Assembly: GCA_039714075.1 (NCBI GenBank)
Contig: JBDLKA010000019.1
Span: 1 to 46,346, forward strand
Length of the DNA: 46,346 bases
Source of the DNA: Candidatus Krumholzibacteriota bacterium
GTDB taxonomy: Bacteria > Krumholzibacteriota > Krumholzibacteriia > LZORAL124-64-63
Reading direction: 5' to 3'
Both the position numbers and the translations under genes were made by a program. Positions 32,787 to 42,380 of the stretch are shown here, one piece after another (the first letter of the stretch is position 1; every line of letters starts with the position of its first letter). The notes beneath the pieces were generated by a model that was given only the letters and a program-made list of their open reading frames with translations, was not told the origin of the DNA and did not search any database.

Positions 32787-34160
32787 TCATCCATGGTCAT
32801 AAACATTTATGCCCTTTACGTTAACGAATTCCTTCAGGCCGTAATGGGACAACTCACGCCCCAGCCCGCTGTTCTTGACGCCCCCGAAGGGCATGCGCGG
32901 ATCCGATTTGGTGATACTGTTGACGAACAGGGTGCCGGATTCGACTTTTCGGGCCACCTTCTCCCCCCTGGCCAGATCCCGCGTCCAGACGCTGCCGCCC
33001 AGACCGAACTCGCTGGCGTTGGCCAGGGCAATCGCCTCGGCCTCGTCTTTCACGGTGATGACCGGGGCGATGGGTCCGAACACCTCTTCATCCACCAGGC
33101 GCATTCCAGGGCGGGTATCGGCCACCACGGTGGGCGGGAAGAAGCAGCCGGGGCCAGGCAGCCTTTCGCCGCCGCATAGGATACGGGCACCCATGGCCAC
33201 CGACTGGGCCAACTGTTCCTCGAGTTCGGTGACGGCGGCCGGGTTGACCAGGGAGCCCACCTGCGTGGCCTCGTCCAGGGGATCGCCCACCTTCATTTCG
33301 GTCATCAGCTCGGTAAATCGTTCGGTAAATGCTGCGGCGATTTCTTCGACGACGATGAAACGTTTCGACGCGATGCAACTCTGGCCGGCGGTGAGCATGC
33401 GACCGGTGACCGCGCCCCGGGCCGTGAACTCGATGTCCGCGTCCTCGAGCACGATGAAAGGGTCACTGCCCCCCAGTTCGAGCACGACCTTTTTCAGGTT
33501 CCGTCCGGCTTCGGCGCCGATGTGACGCCCCACCTGGGTGCTGCCGGTCAGGGACACGCCCTGCACGATGTCCGCGGCGATGAGGGCGGACACGGTTTCG
33601 TAGTCCGGCACGATGGTCCGGAAGACGTCGGCGGGGAAACCGGCCTGCACGAAGGCATCCTCGATGGCAAAGGCACAGCCGGTGACATTGCTGGCGTGCT
33701 TCAGCAGGCTGGTGTTGCCCGCCAGCAGACCCGGCACCGCAAAGCGCAGCGCCTGCCAGAAGGGGTAGTTCCAGGGCATGATGGAAAAGACGACGCCCAG
33801 GGGCTGAAAGGTGACCGTATGCCTCAGGCCGTCGGCCTTTACGGTTTCGTCCGCCAGCCAGGCGGCCGCGTTGGCCGCGTAAACCTCGGTCATCCAGGCG
33901 CACTTTTCGATTTCCGCCCGCGCTTCGGTAATGGGCTTGCCCATTTCGGTGGTGATCAGAGCGGCCCAGTCATCCCCGTTGTTCCGCAGGACCGTGGCCA
34001 GCTTCTCGAAGAAAGGCACCCGCTGGACGACTGTCCGTTCGCGCCAACCGCCAAAAGCCGTGTGGGTTTTCCGGGCCGTCTCCCACACCTCTGCTGAAGC
34101 CATGGTCTGCCAGGCGCGGATGACTTCGCCGGTGGCCGGGTTGACCGTCTTGAATTCCAT
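32787..34160 (-). CDS. NAD(P)-dependent succinate-semialdehyde dehydrogenase-like aldehyde dehydrogenase
   Basis: NPATGE, IMPWNYPFWQ, LLKHASN, LTGS, ELGGSDP, GQSC (catalytic Cys), EEVFGP, PFGGVKNSG.GREL. AAGGAG RBS before ATG 34160. Confidence 0.9.
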   Translation of the reverse strand: MEFKTVNPATGEVIRAWQTMASAEVWETARKTHTAFGGWRERTVVQRVPFFEKLATVLRNNGDDWAALITTEMGKPITEARAEIEKCAWMTEVYAANAAAWLADETVKADGLRHTVTFQPLGVVFSIMPWNYPFWQALRFAVPGLLAGNTSLLKHASNVTGCAFAIEDAFVQAGFPADVFRTIVPDYETVSALIAADIVQGVSLTGSTQVGRHIGAEAGRNLKKVVLELGGSDPFIVLEDADIEFTARGAVTGRMLTAGQSCIASKRFIVVEEIAAAFTERFTELMTEMKVGDPLDEATQVGSLVNPAAVTELEEQLAQSVAMGARILCGGERLPGPGCFFPPTVVADTRPGMRLVDEEVFGPIAPVITVKDEAEAIALANASEFGLGGSVWTRDLARGEKVARKVESGTLFVNSITKSDPRMPFGGVKNSGLGRELSHYGLKEFVNVKGINVYDHG

Positions 34161-34207
34161 GACGTCTCCTTGACGGGGCCGGAAAACACGACCCGCGGCT
34201 GGACTGC

Positions 34208-37200
34208 CTAGCCCCGACCCATGAACCGTTTCTTGCGTTCGATGGGCGCCGGCAGCACGGTCCCCAGGCAAAGTTTCTCGGCGCCGGGCACCTGGCGCAG
34301 CAATCGCAGGCTGTCCAGGGTCAGGGCGATGTTCCGGTCTCCTGATTTCAGGAGCCAGGACTTCCCGTCCCGTTCGACGGATATGACCAGCGGCACCGGG
34401 CGTGCCAGCGTGGGCTCAGGAGCCATTTCCGGGTCCGGGGCATCGGGGTCCACCTCGCCGGTCTCCTCGACGGGGGCCTCCTCCTCCTGGCACAGGGGCC
34501 GCAGCGGCGTGGGCTCGCCGTATTCCTCGAACAGACCGGCCAGCCCCTCCATGCCCGAACGCCCGGCGCTGTCGAGATCGATTTCCAGGAAGATGTCCCG
34601 GACCCAGGTTCCCAGGACCTCGTCGATGCGGGTCATCCGGTCGACGACGATTTCCCGGCTGCCGTCGCTGCGCACCTGGACGCGTCCGCCGACCACCAGG
34701 ATGGAATCGCTTTCGACCAGGTCGGCGGCCTCTTCGTAGAGCCGGTTGTAGACCGTCAGGCTGATGACGCCGCTGGTGTCCTCGAAGTTCGCCCGGGCGT
34801 ACACGCGTTTGTGCCGGTCGCGGTGCTTGGTGTGGGCGGTGATCACACCCACCAGATCGACCCAGGTGCCCTCGCCCCGCTGGTGGGCGCCGGCGGCGGA
34901 TCCGGTCGGCAGGCTGTCGATGAGTTCGCCGTACTCCTGGAAGGGATGGCCGGACAGGAAGAAGCCCACCGCCTGGCGTTCCTTGCTCAGCTTGTCCAGG
35001 GGGTCGAAAGGTTCGCAGTCCTGCAGGACGGGCTTGAGCACTTCGGCCACCGCGGTGCCGCCGAACAGGGACGCCTGCCCCCCGGCCCGGTCGCGGGCGG
35101 CCTGTTGGCCGAAGGCCAGGGCACGGTCCAGGTTGGCCAGAAGCTGACAGCGGTGACCGGGCAGCCTGTCCATCGCCCCGGCGTTGATCAGGCCTTCCAT
35201 GACCTTGCGGTTGACCTTCTGCAGATCGACGTTTTCGCACAGGTCGAACAGGTCGGTGAAGTCCCGGTCGAGTTCACTGCGGCAGGCGGCGATCACGTCG
35301 ATGGCGGCCGAGCCGACCCCCTTGACCGCGCCCATGCCGAACACGATGTCGCCGTCGCGGACGCCGAACTCGCTACGCGGCCGGTTGATGTCCGGCGGGC
35401 AGATGCCCAGCCCCAGGGCCTTCACCTCGTCGATGAGCTGGGTGATGCGTTCGGATTTGCGCATCTCCGTACTCATCGTCGCGGCCATGAATTCGGCCGG
35501 ATGATGGGCCTTCAGCCAGGCGGTCTGGATGGAGAGCAGGGCATAAGCCGCACTGTGGCTCTTGTTGAAACCGTACTGTGCGAAGAACTCCATCTCCTCG
35601 TAGATTTCCTGGGCCGTGCGCAGGTTGTACCCGCCCGCCTTGGCGCCGTCGAGGAACTGGACCTTCAGTTCGGCCATCATGTCGAGCTTCTTCTTGCCCA
35701 TGGCCTTGCGCAGGGTGTCGGCCTGACCCATGGTGAAGCCGCCCATGGCCGAGGCGATCTGCATCACTTGCTCCTGATACAGGATGACCCCGTAGGTATC
35801 CTTCAGGATGGGCTCGAGACAGGCGTCCTTGAACTCCACCTTCTGCCGGCCGTGCTTGCGTTCGACGTAGACCTTGTCCATGTCCGCGCCCAGCGGCCCG
35901 GGCCGGTAGAGCGCGCAGATGGCGGTGATGTCGTCGTAGCCGGTGGGCGCCATCTTGCGCACCAGTTCCTGCATGCCGCTGCTTTCCAGCTGGAAGATGC
36001 CGACGGTGCGGCCCTCCTGCAGCAGCTTGAAGGTGGCGGGGTCGTCGGTGGGGATCTCCTCGGCCTTCATCCGCGTGCCGGTCTCTTCGGCGATCAGGTT
36101 GAGCGCCTTGTCGATCACCGTCAAGGTGCGCAGGCCCAGGAAATCCATTTTGAGAAGGCCCAGCGCCTCGCTCATGTTCATGTCGAACTGGACGGTGATG
36201 TCGCCCTTGGTGCTCTTGTACAGCGGCGCGTGTTCGATCAGCGGCGACGGCGTGATCAGCACCCCGGCGGCGTGGATACCGGTGTTGCGGTTGAAGCCCT
36301 CCAGGACCTGGGCGTTGCGCATCAGCATGGCGTGTTCCTCGGACTCGCCGGCGACGTCCTTCAGCCCCGGCGCGGTATCGAGGGCCTTCTGCAAAGTGAT
36401 GCCGATCTCCTCGGGCACCATCTTGCTGATGCGGTCGCTTTCGGGAAAACTGAAGTCCAGGACGCGGGCCACGTCCTTGATCACCGCGCGGGCGGCCATG
36501 GTGCCGAAGGTGATGATCTGCGACACGTTTTCCCGGCCGTACTTCTTGGCCACATATTCGATGATGTCGCCGCGCCGCTCGTAGCAGAAATCCACGTCGA
36601 TATCCGGCATGGAAATGCGCTCGGGATTCAGGAATCTTTCGAACAGCAGTTGGTGCCGGATGGGGTCGATGTCGGTGATGCCCATGCAGTAGCAGACCAG
36701 GCTGCCGGCGGCTGAGCCGCGCCCCGGGCCCACGGGGATGTTCATACGGCGCGACGCGTCGATGAAGTCCCAGACGATCAGAAAATAACCCGCGTACCCC
36801 GTTTGCTTGATGACACCCAACTCGTAAGCCAGGCGTTCCTCAAGCTCGGGCGTGATGCTTTCGTATCTGTCCTTGAGGCCTTCCCGCGCCAGGTGCTCGA
36901 CGTACTGGTCCGGGTTGTCGAACCCCTCGGGCAACGGAAACTTCGGCAGCAACAGGTTCCCCAGCTGCATCTCGAAATCCACCATGTCCGCCACCCGCAG
37001 TGTATTCTCTACGGCTTCGGGCCAGTCCTGGAACAGGGCCAGCATTTCCTCGGTGGATTTGAAATAGATTTCGGGCGTATTGCTGCGCCAGCGGCTGGGA
37101 TCGTTCAGCGTCTTGCCCGTCTGCAGGGCCATCAGGATGTCGTGGGCTTCGTGGTGGTCGCGGTCCAGGAAGTGGCAGTCGTTCGTGGCGATGATTTGGC

Positions 37201-37810
37201 AGCCCACCTCCTTTGCGACTTCGGGCATGAGCTGCCGGATGCGCGCCTCTTCCTCTATGCCGTGGTTCTGGATTTCCAGAAAATAGTTGTCCTTGCCCAG
37301 GATGTCGCGGTAGGCGGCCGCGGCTTCGACGGCAGCTTTCACGTTGCCGGTGCGGAGGTGGAAGTTGGGTTCGCCGCTCATGCAGGCCGACAGCCCGATG
37401 ATGCCCTCGCTGTGCTGGCTCAGAAGTTCACGGTCGATGCGCGGCCGGTAGTAGAACCCCTCGAGATACCCCTGGCTGGACAGCTTGACCAGGTTCCGGT
37501 AACCCGTGGCGTTTTGCGCCAGCAGGATCATGTGGTAGCTCTTGTTGCGCTTGTCGCTGGTGCGGTTGTGGCGGTCGCCGGTGATGTAGGCCTCGGTGCC
37601 GATGATCGGCTTGATGCCTTCCTTCTCGCAGGCCTTGTAGAACTCCACGGCTCCGAACATGTTGCCGTGGTCGGTCAGCGCCAGGGCGGGCTGCCCCAGG
37701 TCGGCGGCGCGCCTGGCCATGGCCCCGGTCTTCATGGCGCCGTCGAGCAGGGAATAGTCCGAATGGTTGTGCAGATGGACGAAGTTGTTCGGTGGTGCGT
37801 TGGCTGCCAT
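34208..37810 (-). CDS. dnaE: DNA polymerase III alpha subunit
   Basis: PHP domain FVHLHNHSDYSLLDG, TDHG, TNDCH. GPGRGSAAGS, FERFLNPER.SMPDIDVDF, HAAG, KMDFLGLRTL, YGFNKSHS. OB fold. Confidence 0.98.
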   Translation of the reverse strand: MAANAPPNNFVHLHNHSDYSLLDGAMKTGAMARRAADLGQPALALTDHGNMFGAVEFYKACEKEGIKPIIGTEAYITGDRHNRTSDKRNKSYHMILLAQNATGYRNLVKLSSQGYLEGFYYRPRIDRELLSQHSEGIIGLSACMSGEPNFHLRTGNVKAAVEAAAAYRDILGKDNYFLEIQNHGIEEEARIRQLMPEVAKEVGCQIIATNDCHFLDRDHHEAHDILMALQTGKTLNDPSRWRSNTPEIYFKSTEEMLALFQDWPEAVENTLRVADMVDFEMQLGNLLLPKFPLPEGFDNPDQYVEHLAREGLKDRYESITPELEERLAYELGVIKQTGYAGYFLIVWDFIDASRRMNIPVGPGRGSAAGSLVCYCMGITDIDPIRHQLLFERFLNPERISMPDIDVDFCYERRGDIIEYVAKKYGRENVSQIITFGTMAARAVIKDVARVLDFSFPESDRISKMVPEEIGITLQKALDTAPGLKDVAGESEEHAMLMRNAQVLEGFNRNTGIHAAGVLITPSPLIEHAPLYKSTKGDITVQFDMNMSEALGLLKMDFLGLRTLTVIDKALNLIAEETGTRMKAEEIPTDDPATFKLLQEGRTVGIFQLESSGMQELVRKMAPTGYDDITAICALYRPGPLGADMDKVYVERKHGRQKVEFKDACLEPILKDTYGVILYQEQVMQIASAMGGFTMGQADTLRKAMGKKKLDMMAELKVQFLDGAKAGGYNLRTAQEIYEEMEFFAQYGFNKSHSAAYALLSIQTAWLKAHHPAEFMAATMSTEMRKSERITQLIDEVKALGLGICPPDINRPRSEFGVRDGDIVFGMGAVKGVGSAAIDVIAACRSELDRDFTDLFDLCENVDLQKVNRKVMEGLINAGAMDRLPGHRCQLLANLDRALAFGQQAARDRAGGQASLFGGTAVAEVLKPVLQDCEPFDPLDKLSKERQAVGFFLSGHPFQEYGELIDSLPTGSAAGAHQRGEGTWVDLVGVITAHTKHRDRHKRVYARANFEDTSGVISLTVYNRLYEEAADLVESDSILVVGGRVQVRSDGSREIVVDRMTRIDEVLGTWVRDIFLEIDLDSAGRSGMEGLAGLFEEYGEPTPLRPLCQEEEAPVEETGEVDPDAPDPEMAPEPTLARPVPLVISVERDGKSWLLKSGDRNIALTLDSLRLLRQVPGAEKLCLGTVLPAPIERKKRFMGRG

Positions 37811-37883
37811 GGGTGGATGTCGCGTTTCTGTGATTTGTTATGGCTCAAGCCGGACCGGGCCGGGCGAACTGACGCTAGCCGAC

Positions 37884-37912
37884 AGGATAACCCGGATCAG
37901 GGGCAAGCTCAA
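37884..37912 (-). promoter_or_regulatory. Candidate sigma70-like promoter for dnaE
   Basis: TTGAGC-N17-TATCCT, with an AT-rich tract upstream. Confidence 0.35.
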
Positions 37913-38055
37913 CCTGTTGGGTAAAAATTGGTGAAATGGGTGCGAATTGGGGCTGGGATTGAGGAAAAGTCAGGATATCCGGGGTTGCCCTCGGATTTCT
38001 CTCCAAATAATCAAATTCCTGAAGGGGTCTATGCAGGAATGAAGCCGGAGGGCTT

Positions 38056-39945
38056 CTACTCCCGGCAGTCGATCATGACTTCAGCCTCGGCCTCGTTTTC
38101 GGCCCCGTCGGCGGCCTTCAGATGCAGGACATGGCGACCGGTCCCCAGGGCGTCGGGCAACTCGACAAGGATCCGGCTCCGCGGCATATCCGGTTCCACG
38201 ATGATGGCCTGCCCATCCAAGGTGGCGGAAATGGTTCCCGCAGCGATCCCGGAACCGAGATCCAGCAGATCCACCGGAAAAATTTCCCAGCGCGGAAGGG
38301 TCACGCCGTGGGCCTTGCCACGAGGATCGGCCGCCACGACGATCACCGTGTCGGCCGGAAAAACCAGGGGTGCGGCCACATCGCGAAACACGGCGTGCAA
38401 CCCGGGACTGGACAAGGCAAACCTTTGGTAGGCCCCCTCCATTTCGGCAGCCATGATTTGCGCGGCCGGTCTCCATTTACCCCGGCTCCACCGGTAGACC
38501 CCGACCGCGGGATCCTTCTCCGGGGGCAAGGTGTCGGCCACCGCGATCACGGGGCCCGTCAGTTCGACGAGAACCGCCGCGTCGATGGGCCAATCGGCGG
38601 CCAGGTAACGGGCGGCGGGCCCGACAAGCTCCAATCCCTGGCGTCGGGCACGCTTCTTCTGGTCCTCACCCAATTCCTCCGCGACAGTGGCCAAGGTGGT
38701 CGGGGCCAGGACCGGATCTCCCTGCCCCGCATCCAGGCGGCGCACCAATACGCCATCACAAGTAACATCAATCAATGGACGCAAGTTGTTACTGGACAAT
38801 GAATCAACGACGACAATAACCGGGTCAACCACCCAGGATCCACCATTGGAAGACTGGGCAGATTCCATTTCCGCCGCCAACAGGGGAATCTGGACCGAGG
38901 TGGTGTTGCCGGCGAAGTCGGAGGCCGTAATTTCCAGTTTGTGGGGGCCGGCGGCAAGCCCCACCCCATCCGCACCCAGATACCAAGGGTCACCTTGACG
39001 ACCGGTCAGGGAATTCCCGGCCCGCCGGTGCAGCCAGCGGTCCCGGATCCCCGGCACCTCCAGCCACTCCAGGCGCTGCAGGCTGTTCTCGGAAAACTCG
39101 TAGCGATCATTGCGGCAACTGTAGACCACTTCGCCGTCCAGTTTCACCTCGATCAACCAAGGCTCCAGTTTGTGGCCGCGGACATCACTCGCATCGATGA
39201 TCTTGGCGGCGAAAGCCACCGGACCGGAAATCCGAAGCGGCGGCTGCTCCCCGGACAACCCTCTGTTCCTATCCGGCTTCACCAACCGGGCATCAGGACC
39301 GCCGTCTATCCTGCTGCGAACATCCGCCGGCACGGCGCGCACCGCATGAATGACGGGGGCAAAGGTGTCGGGCACAGCGAATCCCATGGCCAACGGATTG
39401 ACGGGACCATTGACCGCATCCCGCACCTCGAAATGCAGATGGGGACCATTGGTCCCGCTTTCTCCAGTTAGCCCCAGGACATCGCCGCGGCGTACCATCA
39501 GCTTGCCGGGGGCAAGATGCAGCTGCGCCCGATAGGTTCCACCGGCCGTCTGCTCGGCGCGGACCAGGGCCCGGATCGGATCATTGAACCGCGACAGGTG
39601 CGCGTAGACGTAGGTGCGCCCCGACTCCCCCAGCAGGTAGATCGCCCGCCCGTAGGCGTTGGACGTGGCCCGGACCCGCACGATGGAGCCGTCCTCGGCG
39701 GCGCGCGCCGCGAAACCTGTCTTCGATTGCGTCTTGAGATCCAATCCGGCGTGGAACCGTCCGGAACGGTATTCCATGAAATTGCTGGTCAGGTAGCGGG
39801 TGGGAAGATCGAGAGGCCACAAAGGGTCGGCCACTTCGGCGTCGGCCTCAACCCCGCCGGCGGGCCAGGCCGCGCAAGCCAGCCAAAGCCATAAACAGCA
39901 CCCTAAAGCCTTGCGTCCGGTATATCTGTTTCCGAGCCATTGCAT
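38056..39945 (-). CDS. Exported M23-family metallopeptidase with C-terminal Ig-like domains
   Basis: Signal peptide. HAGLD (HxxxD), YAHLS and GPHLHFE zinc motifs. GGAGG RBS. Confidence 0.88.
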   Translation of the reverse strand: MQWLGNRYTGRKALGCCLWLWLACAAWPAGGVEADAEVADPLWPLDLPTRYLTSNFMEYRSGRFHAGLDLKTQSKTGFAARAAEDGSIVRVRATSNAYGRAIYLLGESGRTYVYAHLSRFNDPIRALVRAEQTAGGTYRAQLHLAPGKLMVRRGDVLGLTGESGTNGPHLHFEVRDAVNGPVNPLAMGFAVPDTFAPVIHAVRAVPADVRSRIDGGPDARLVKPDRNRGLSGEQPPLRISGPVAFAAKIIDASDVRGHKLEPWLIEVKLDGEVVYSCRNDRYEFSENSLQRLEWLEVPGIRDRWLHRRAGNSLTGRQGDPWYLGADGVGLAAGPHKLEITASDFAGNTTSVQIPLLAAEMESAQSSNGGSWVVDPVIVVVDSLSSNNLRPLIDVTCDGVLVRRLDAGQGDPVLAPTTLATVAEELGEDQKKRARRQGLELVGPAARYLAADWPIDAAVLVELTGPVIAVADTLPPEKDPAVGVYRWSRGKWRPAAQIMAAEMEGAYQRFALSSPGLHAVFRDVAAPLVFPADTVIVVAADPRGKAHGVTLPRWEIFPVDLLDLGSGIAAGTISATLDGQAIIVEPDMPRSRILVELPDALGTGRHVLHLKAADGAENEAEAEVMIDCRE

Positions 39946-40138
39946 TGCGGTCCAACCTCCATGTTGCCGATTCGAGCCTTCAATCTACTCTTTCAATCAG
40001 AAGGCGACAAGGGCCCTCTGATCGGATACACTCCGAACAGGAAGGAACCTTGAATACCCTCTTTGCAAAAGAACGTTCCGGAACGCCCCGTTAGGACCAA
40101 CAAGAACGACACCAACGGGCCAACCTCTGGAGGGACAC

Positions 40139-41491
40139 ATGGAAGTGAACACCAGCCACTGGGTTGATGACCAGGGCAGCATCCCCACCCCCACCGGCCG
40201 CACTTTTCTCCTCGACACGAACGTCCTGCTCCACGACGCCGAAAGCCTTTCCGCGTTCGCCGAACACAATATCGTGTTGACGGTGGACGTGCTCGAGGAG
40301 CTCGATCGCTTCAAGCGCGGCAACGACGAACGGGGGCGCAATGCGCGCCAGGTCATCCGGACCATCGACTCCCATCGCGACGGCAAACCCCTGAGCAAGG
40401 GCGTGGATCTGCCCGGCGGCGGCAGGCTCTACGTTTTCGTCAAGAGTTTCACGGACTTCCTGCCCCGCGGCATGGACAAGAACCTGCCGGACAACCGGAT
40501 CCTGGCCGCCGCGTGCGCCCTGGTCAAGGCGGGCGCCGAGGTGTTTTTCGTCACCAAGGACATCAACGCGCGGGTCAAGGCCGATGCCCTGGGCATCCAG
40601 GCCCAGGACTACCTGAACCGGGTCGTCAATTTCGACGAGCTGTATTCCGGCTGGAGCGAACACGAGGTCCCCGACGAGTTCATCAACAAGTTCTACCAGG
40701 GGGAACCCGTCCAGATCGATGCTGAATGCTGCCCCAACGAAGGCGTGCTGCTCAAGGCCGCTTCCAATCCCAAACAGACCGCCCGGGGCTTGTTCCGGGC
40801 CGACTCGGGCATCATCGAACCCCTGCAGCACGGCGACAGCCACCCCTGGGGCCTGTCCGCCCGCAACCTGCAGCAGCATTTCGCACTCGAGCTTCTGTTG
40901 CGGGAGGACATCCAGCTGGTGACCATGCTGGGCCAGGCGGGTACGGGCAAGACCCTGCTCGCGCTGGCGGTCGGGTTGCAGCTGGTGGCCGAGGAGAAGC
41001 GCTACCGCCGCATCATGGTCTCGCGCCCCATCATGCCCCTGGGCAAGGACATCGGCTATCTGCCCGGCACCAAGGACGAGAAGCTCACCAGCTGGATGCA
41101 GCCGGTCTCGGACAATCTTCAGTACCTGGTGGATCCCAAGCTGGAGCAGACCGGGGACAAGGTGCAGTACCTGTACGATACCGGGGTCGTCGAAGCCGAA
41201 GCGGTGACCTACATCCGCGGCCGCAGCCTGCCCAAGGTCTACATCATCATCGACGAGGCGCAGAACCTCACGCCCCACGAAGTGAAGACCGTGGTCAGCC
41301 GCGCCGGCGAGGACGCCAAGGTGATCCTGACCGGGGACGCCTATCAGATCGACAATCCGTACCTGGACGCTTCGTCCAACGGACTGACCTACCTGGCGGA
41401 GAAGTTCAAGAATGAGCCGATCCACGGCCACATCACCCTGGCCAAGAGCGAGCGCAGCCCGTTGGCCAGCCTGGCGGCCGACCTGCTTTGA
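40139..41491 (+). CDS. PIN-PhoH (PhoH2/YlaK-type) protein
   Basis: PIN motifs LDTNVL, EELDRFK, DNRIL, TKDINAR. PhoH ATPase GQAGTGKT, IGYLPG, YIRGRS, DEAQN, GDAYQID. GGAGG RBS. Confidence 0.93.
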   Translation: MEVNTSHWVDDQGSIPTPTGRTFLLDTNVLLHDAESLSAFAEHNIVLTVDVLEELDRFKRGNDERGRNARQVIRTIDSHRDGKPLSKGVDLPGGGRLYVFVKSFTDFLPRGMDKNLPDNRILAAACALVKAGAEVFFVTKDINARVKADALGIQAQDYLNRVVNFDELYSGWSEHEVPDEFINKFYQGEPVQIDAECCPNEGVLLKAASNPKQTARGLFRADSGIIEPLQHGDSHPWGLSARNLQQHFALELLLREDIQLVTMLGQAGTGKTLLALAVGLQLVAEEKRYRRIMVSRPIMPLGKDIGYLPGTKDEKLTSWMQPVSDNLQYLVDPKLEQTGDKVQYLYDTGVVEAEAVTYIRGRSLPKVYIIIDEAQNLTPHEVKTVVSRAGEDAKVILTGDAYQIDNPYLDASSNGLTYLAEKFKNEPIHGHITLAKSERSPLASLAADLL

Positions 41492-41511
41492 GCGGGTCGT
41501 AAGGAAATAAT

Positions 41512-42291
41512 CTACTCGGAGTCCGGACTGCCGGCCTGATTGATGAACTCCTGGCGCAGCTGCCCCAACAGGCAGGCGTTGGCCCTCTTGACGGCCTTGG
41601 TCAGGTGTTCGTTGACCAGCTCCTGGTCCTGCCGCGCCGTCACCGTGACATACTTTTTGGCCTCGTATTCCCCCAGACAGGATTTCTGCCACAGGACGTT
41701 GCCGGTCTGGTCCTTGAGGGTCATGCGGACCTCGGCTTCGGCCCTGTTTTCGGTGGGCACCGGCACCGCCAGGATGGCCACCGCCGCCAGGGCCGCCGCC
41801 AGCTTGGTCCGATGGGACCCGTCGCTGCCCAGGGCCATGCCCGCGCCCGCGCCCAAGGCTCCGGTCAGCAGGACCGAGGCCTTCGAACGCTCCAGGCGGC
41901 AGGACATGGACAGGACATCCACCGACAGGATGTAGTCCGCCTGTGAATGCAGGGGCACCAGTTCCACCAGATGGGTCTGTTCCAGGTCCTGCGCCAAGGC
42001 TTCGGCGTAGATCTGAGTGGCCGGCACTTCCCAGGCCTCGTCGCTGGGATAGGTGATGCCGAAAAAATGACCCTGCCCCTGACGTTGCTCCAGGGGCCGC
42101 ATGTCGGTGACGGTGTCGATATACAGGCCGGGCATCTTCAGGTTGCGCAGCTGGAAATCGATGGCCTCGTCGGGATAGACGAAGGTGATCTTGTCCGAAC
42201 CGCAGGAAGAGACCCCCAGAACGACCATCAGGATCAACAGGGTGAAACCCGAGCGGCGAAACAAGGTATTCTGCGTCAAAAGACTGGTCAT
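41512..42291 (-). CDS. Hypothetical lipoprotein (possibly YajG-like fold)
   Basis: Lipobox VSS-C, VTDMRP motif, internal Gly/Ala-rich hydrophobic hairpin. AGGAG RBS. Confidence 0.6.
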   Translation of the reverse strand: MTSLLTQNTLFRRSGFTLLILMVVLGVSSCGSDKITFVYPDEAIDFQLRNLKMPGLYIDTVTDMRPLEQRQGQGHFFGITYPSDEAWEVPATQIYAEALAQDLEQTHLVELVPLHSQADYILSVDVLSMSCRLERSKASVLLTGALGAGAGMALGSDGSHRTKLAAALAAVAILAVPVPTENRAEAEVRMTLKDQTGNVLWQKSCLGEYEAKKYVTVTARQDQELVNEHLTKAVKRANACLLGQLRQEFINQAGSPDSE

Positions 42292-42380
42292 TCGGTAACT
42301 CCTGGAACTAATCCGACCATCAAGGCACGTGGCATAATATTACGGTCCCGCTGGCCCGCAAGCCAGCCCCGGCCCCCACT

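Noticed and set aside
34208..37810. Intein in dnaE (also checked ligA and dinG)
   Set aside because: Lengths are normal, core motifs are contiguous, and no intein-like insertion was seen.
37811..38055. 245-nt lower-GC intergenic region upstream of dnaE as possible ncRNA or origin
   Set aside because: No tRNA or riboswitch fold and no DnaA-box cluster recognised. It is explained as a promoter region.
40071..40078. GAACGTTC as a LexA box
   Set aside because: The Gram-positive-type SOS box needs GAAC-N4-GTTC, and the spacing here is zero.
40139..41491. PIN-PhoH as a toxin-antitoxin or defence system
   Set aside because: No adjacent antitoxin ORF is evident, and stand-alone PIN-PhoH genes are common housekeeping genes.
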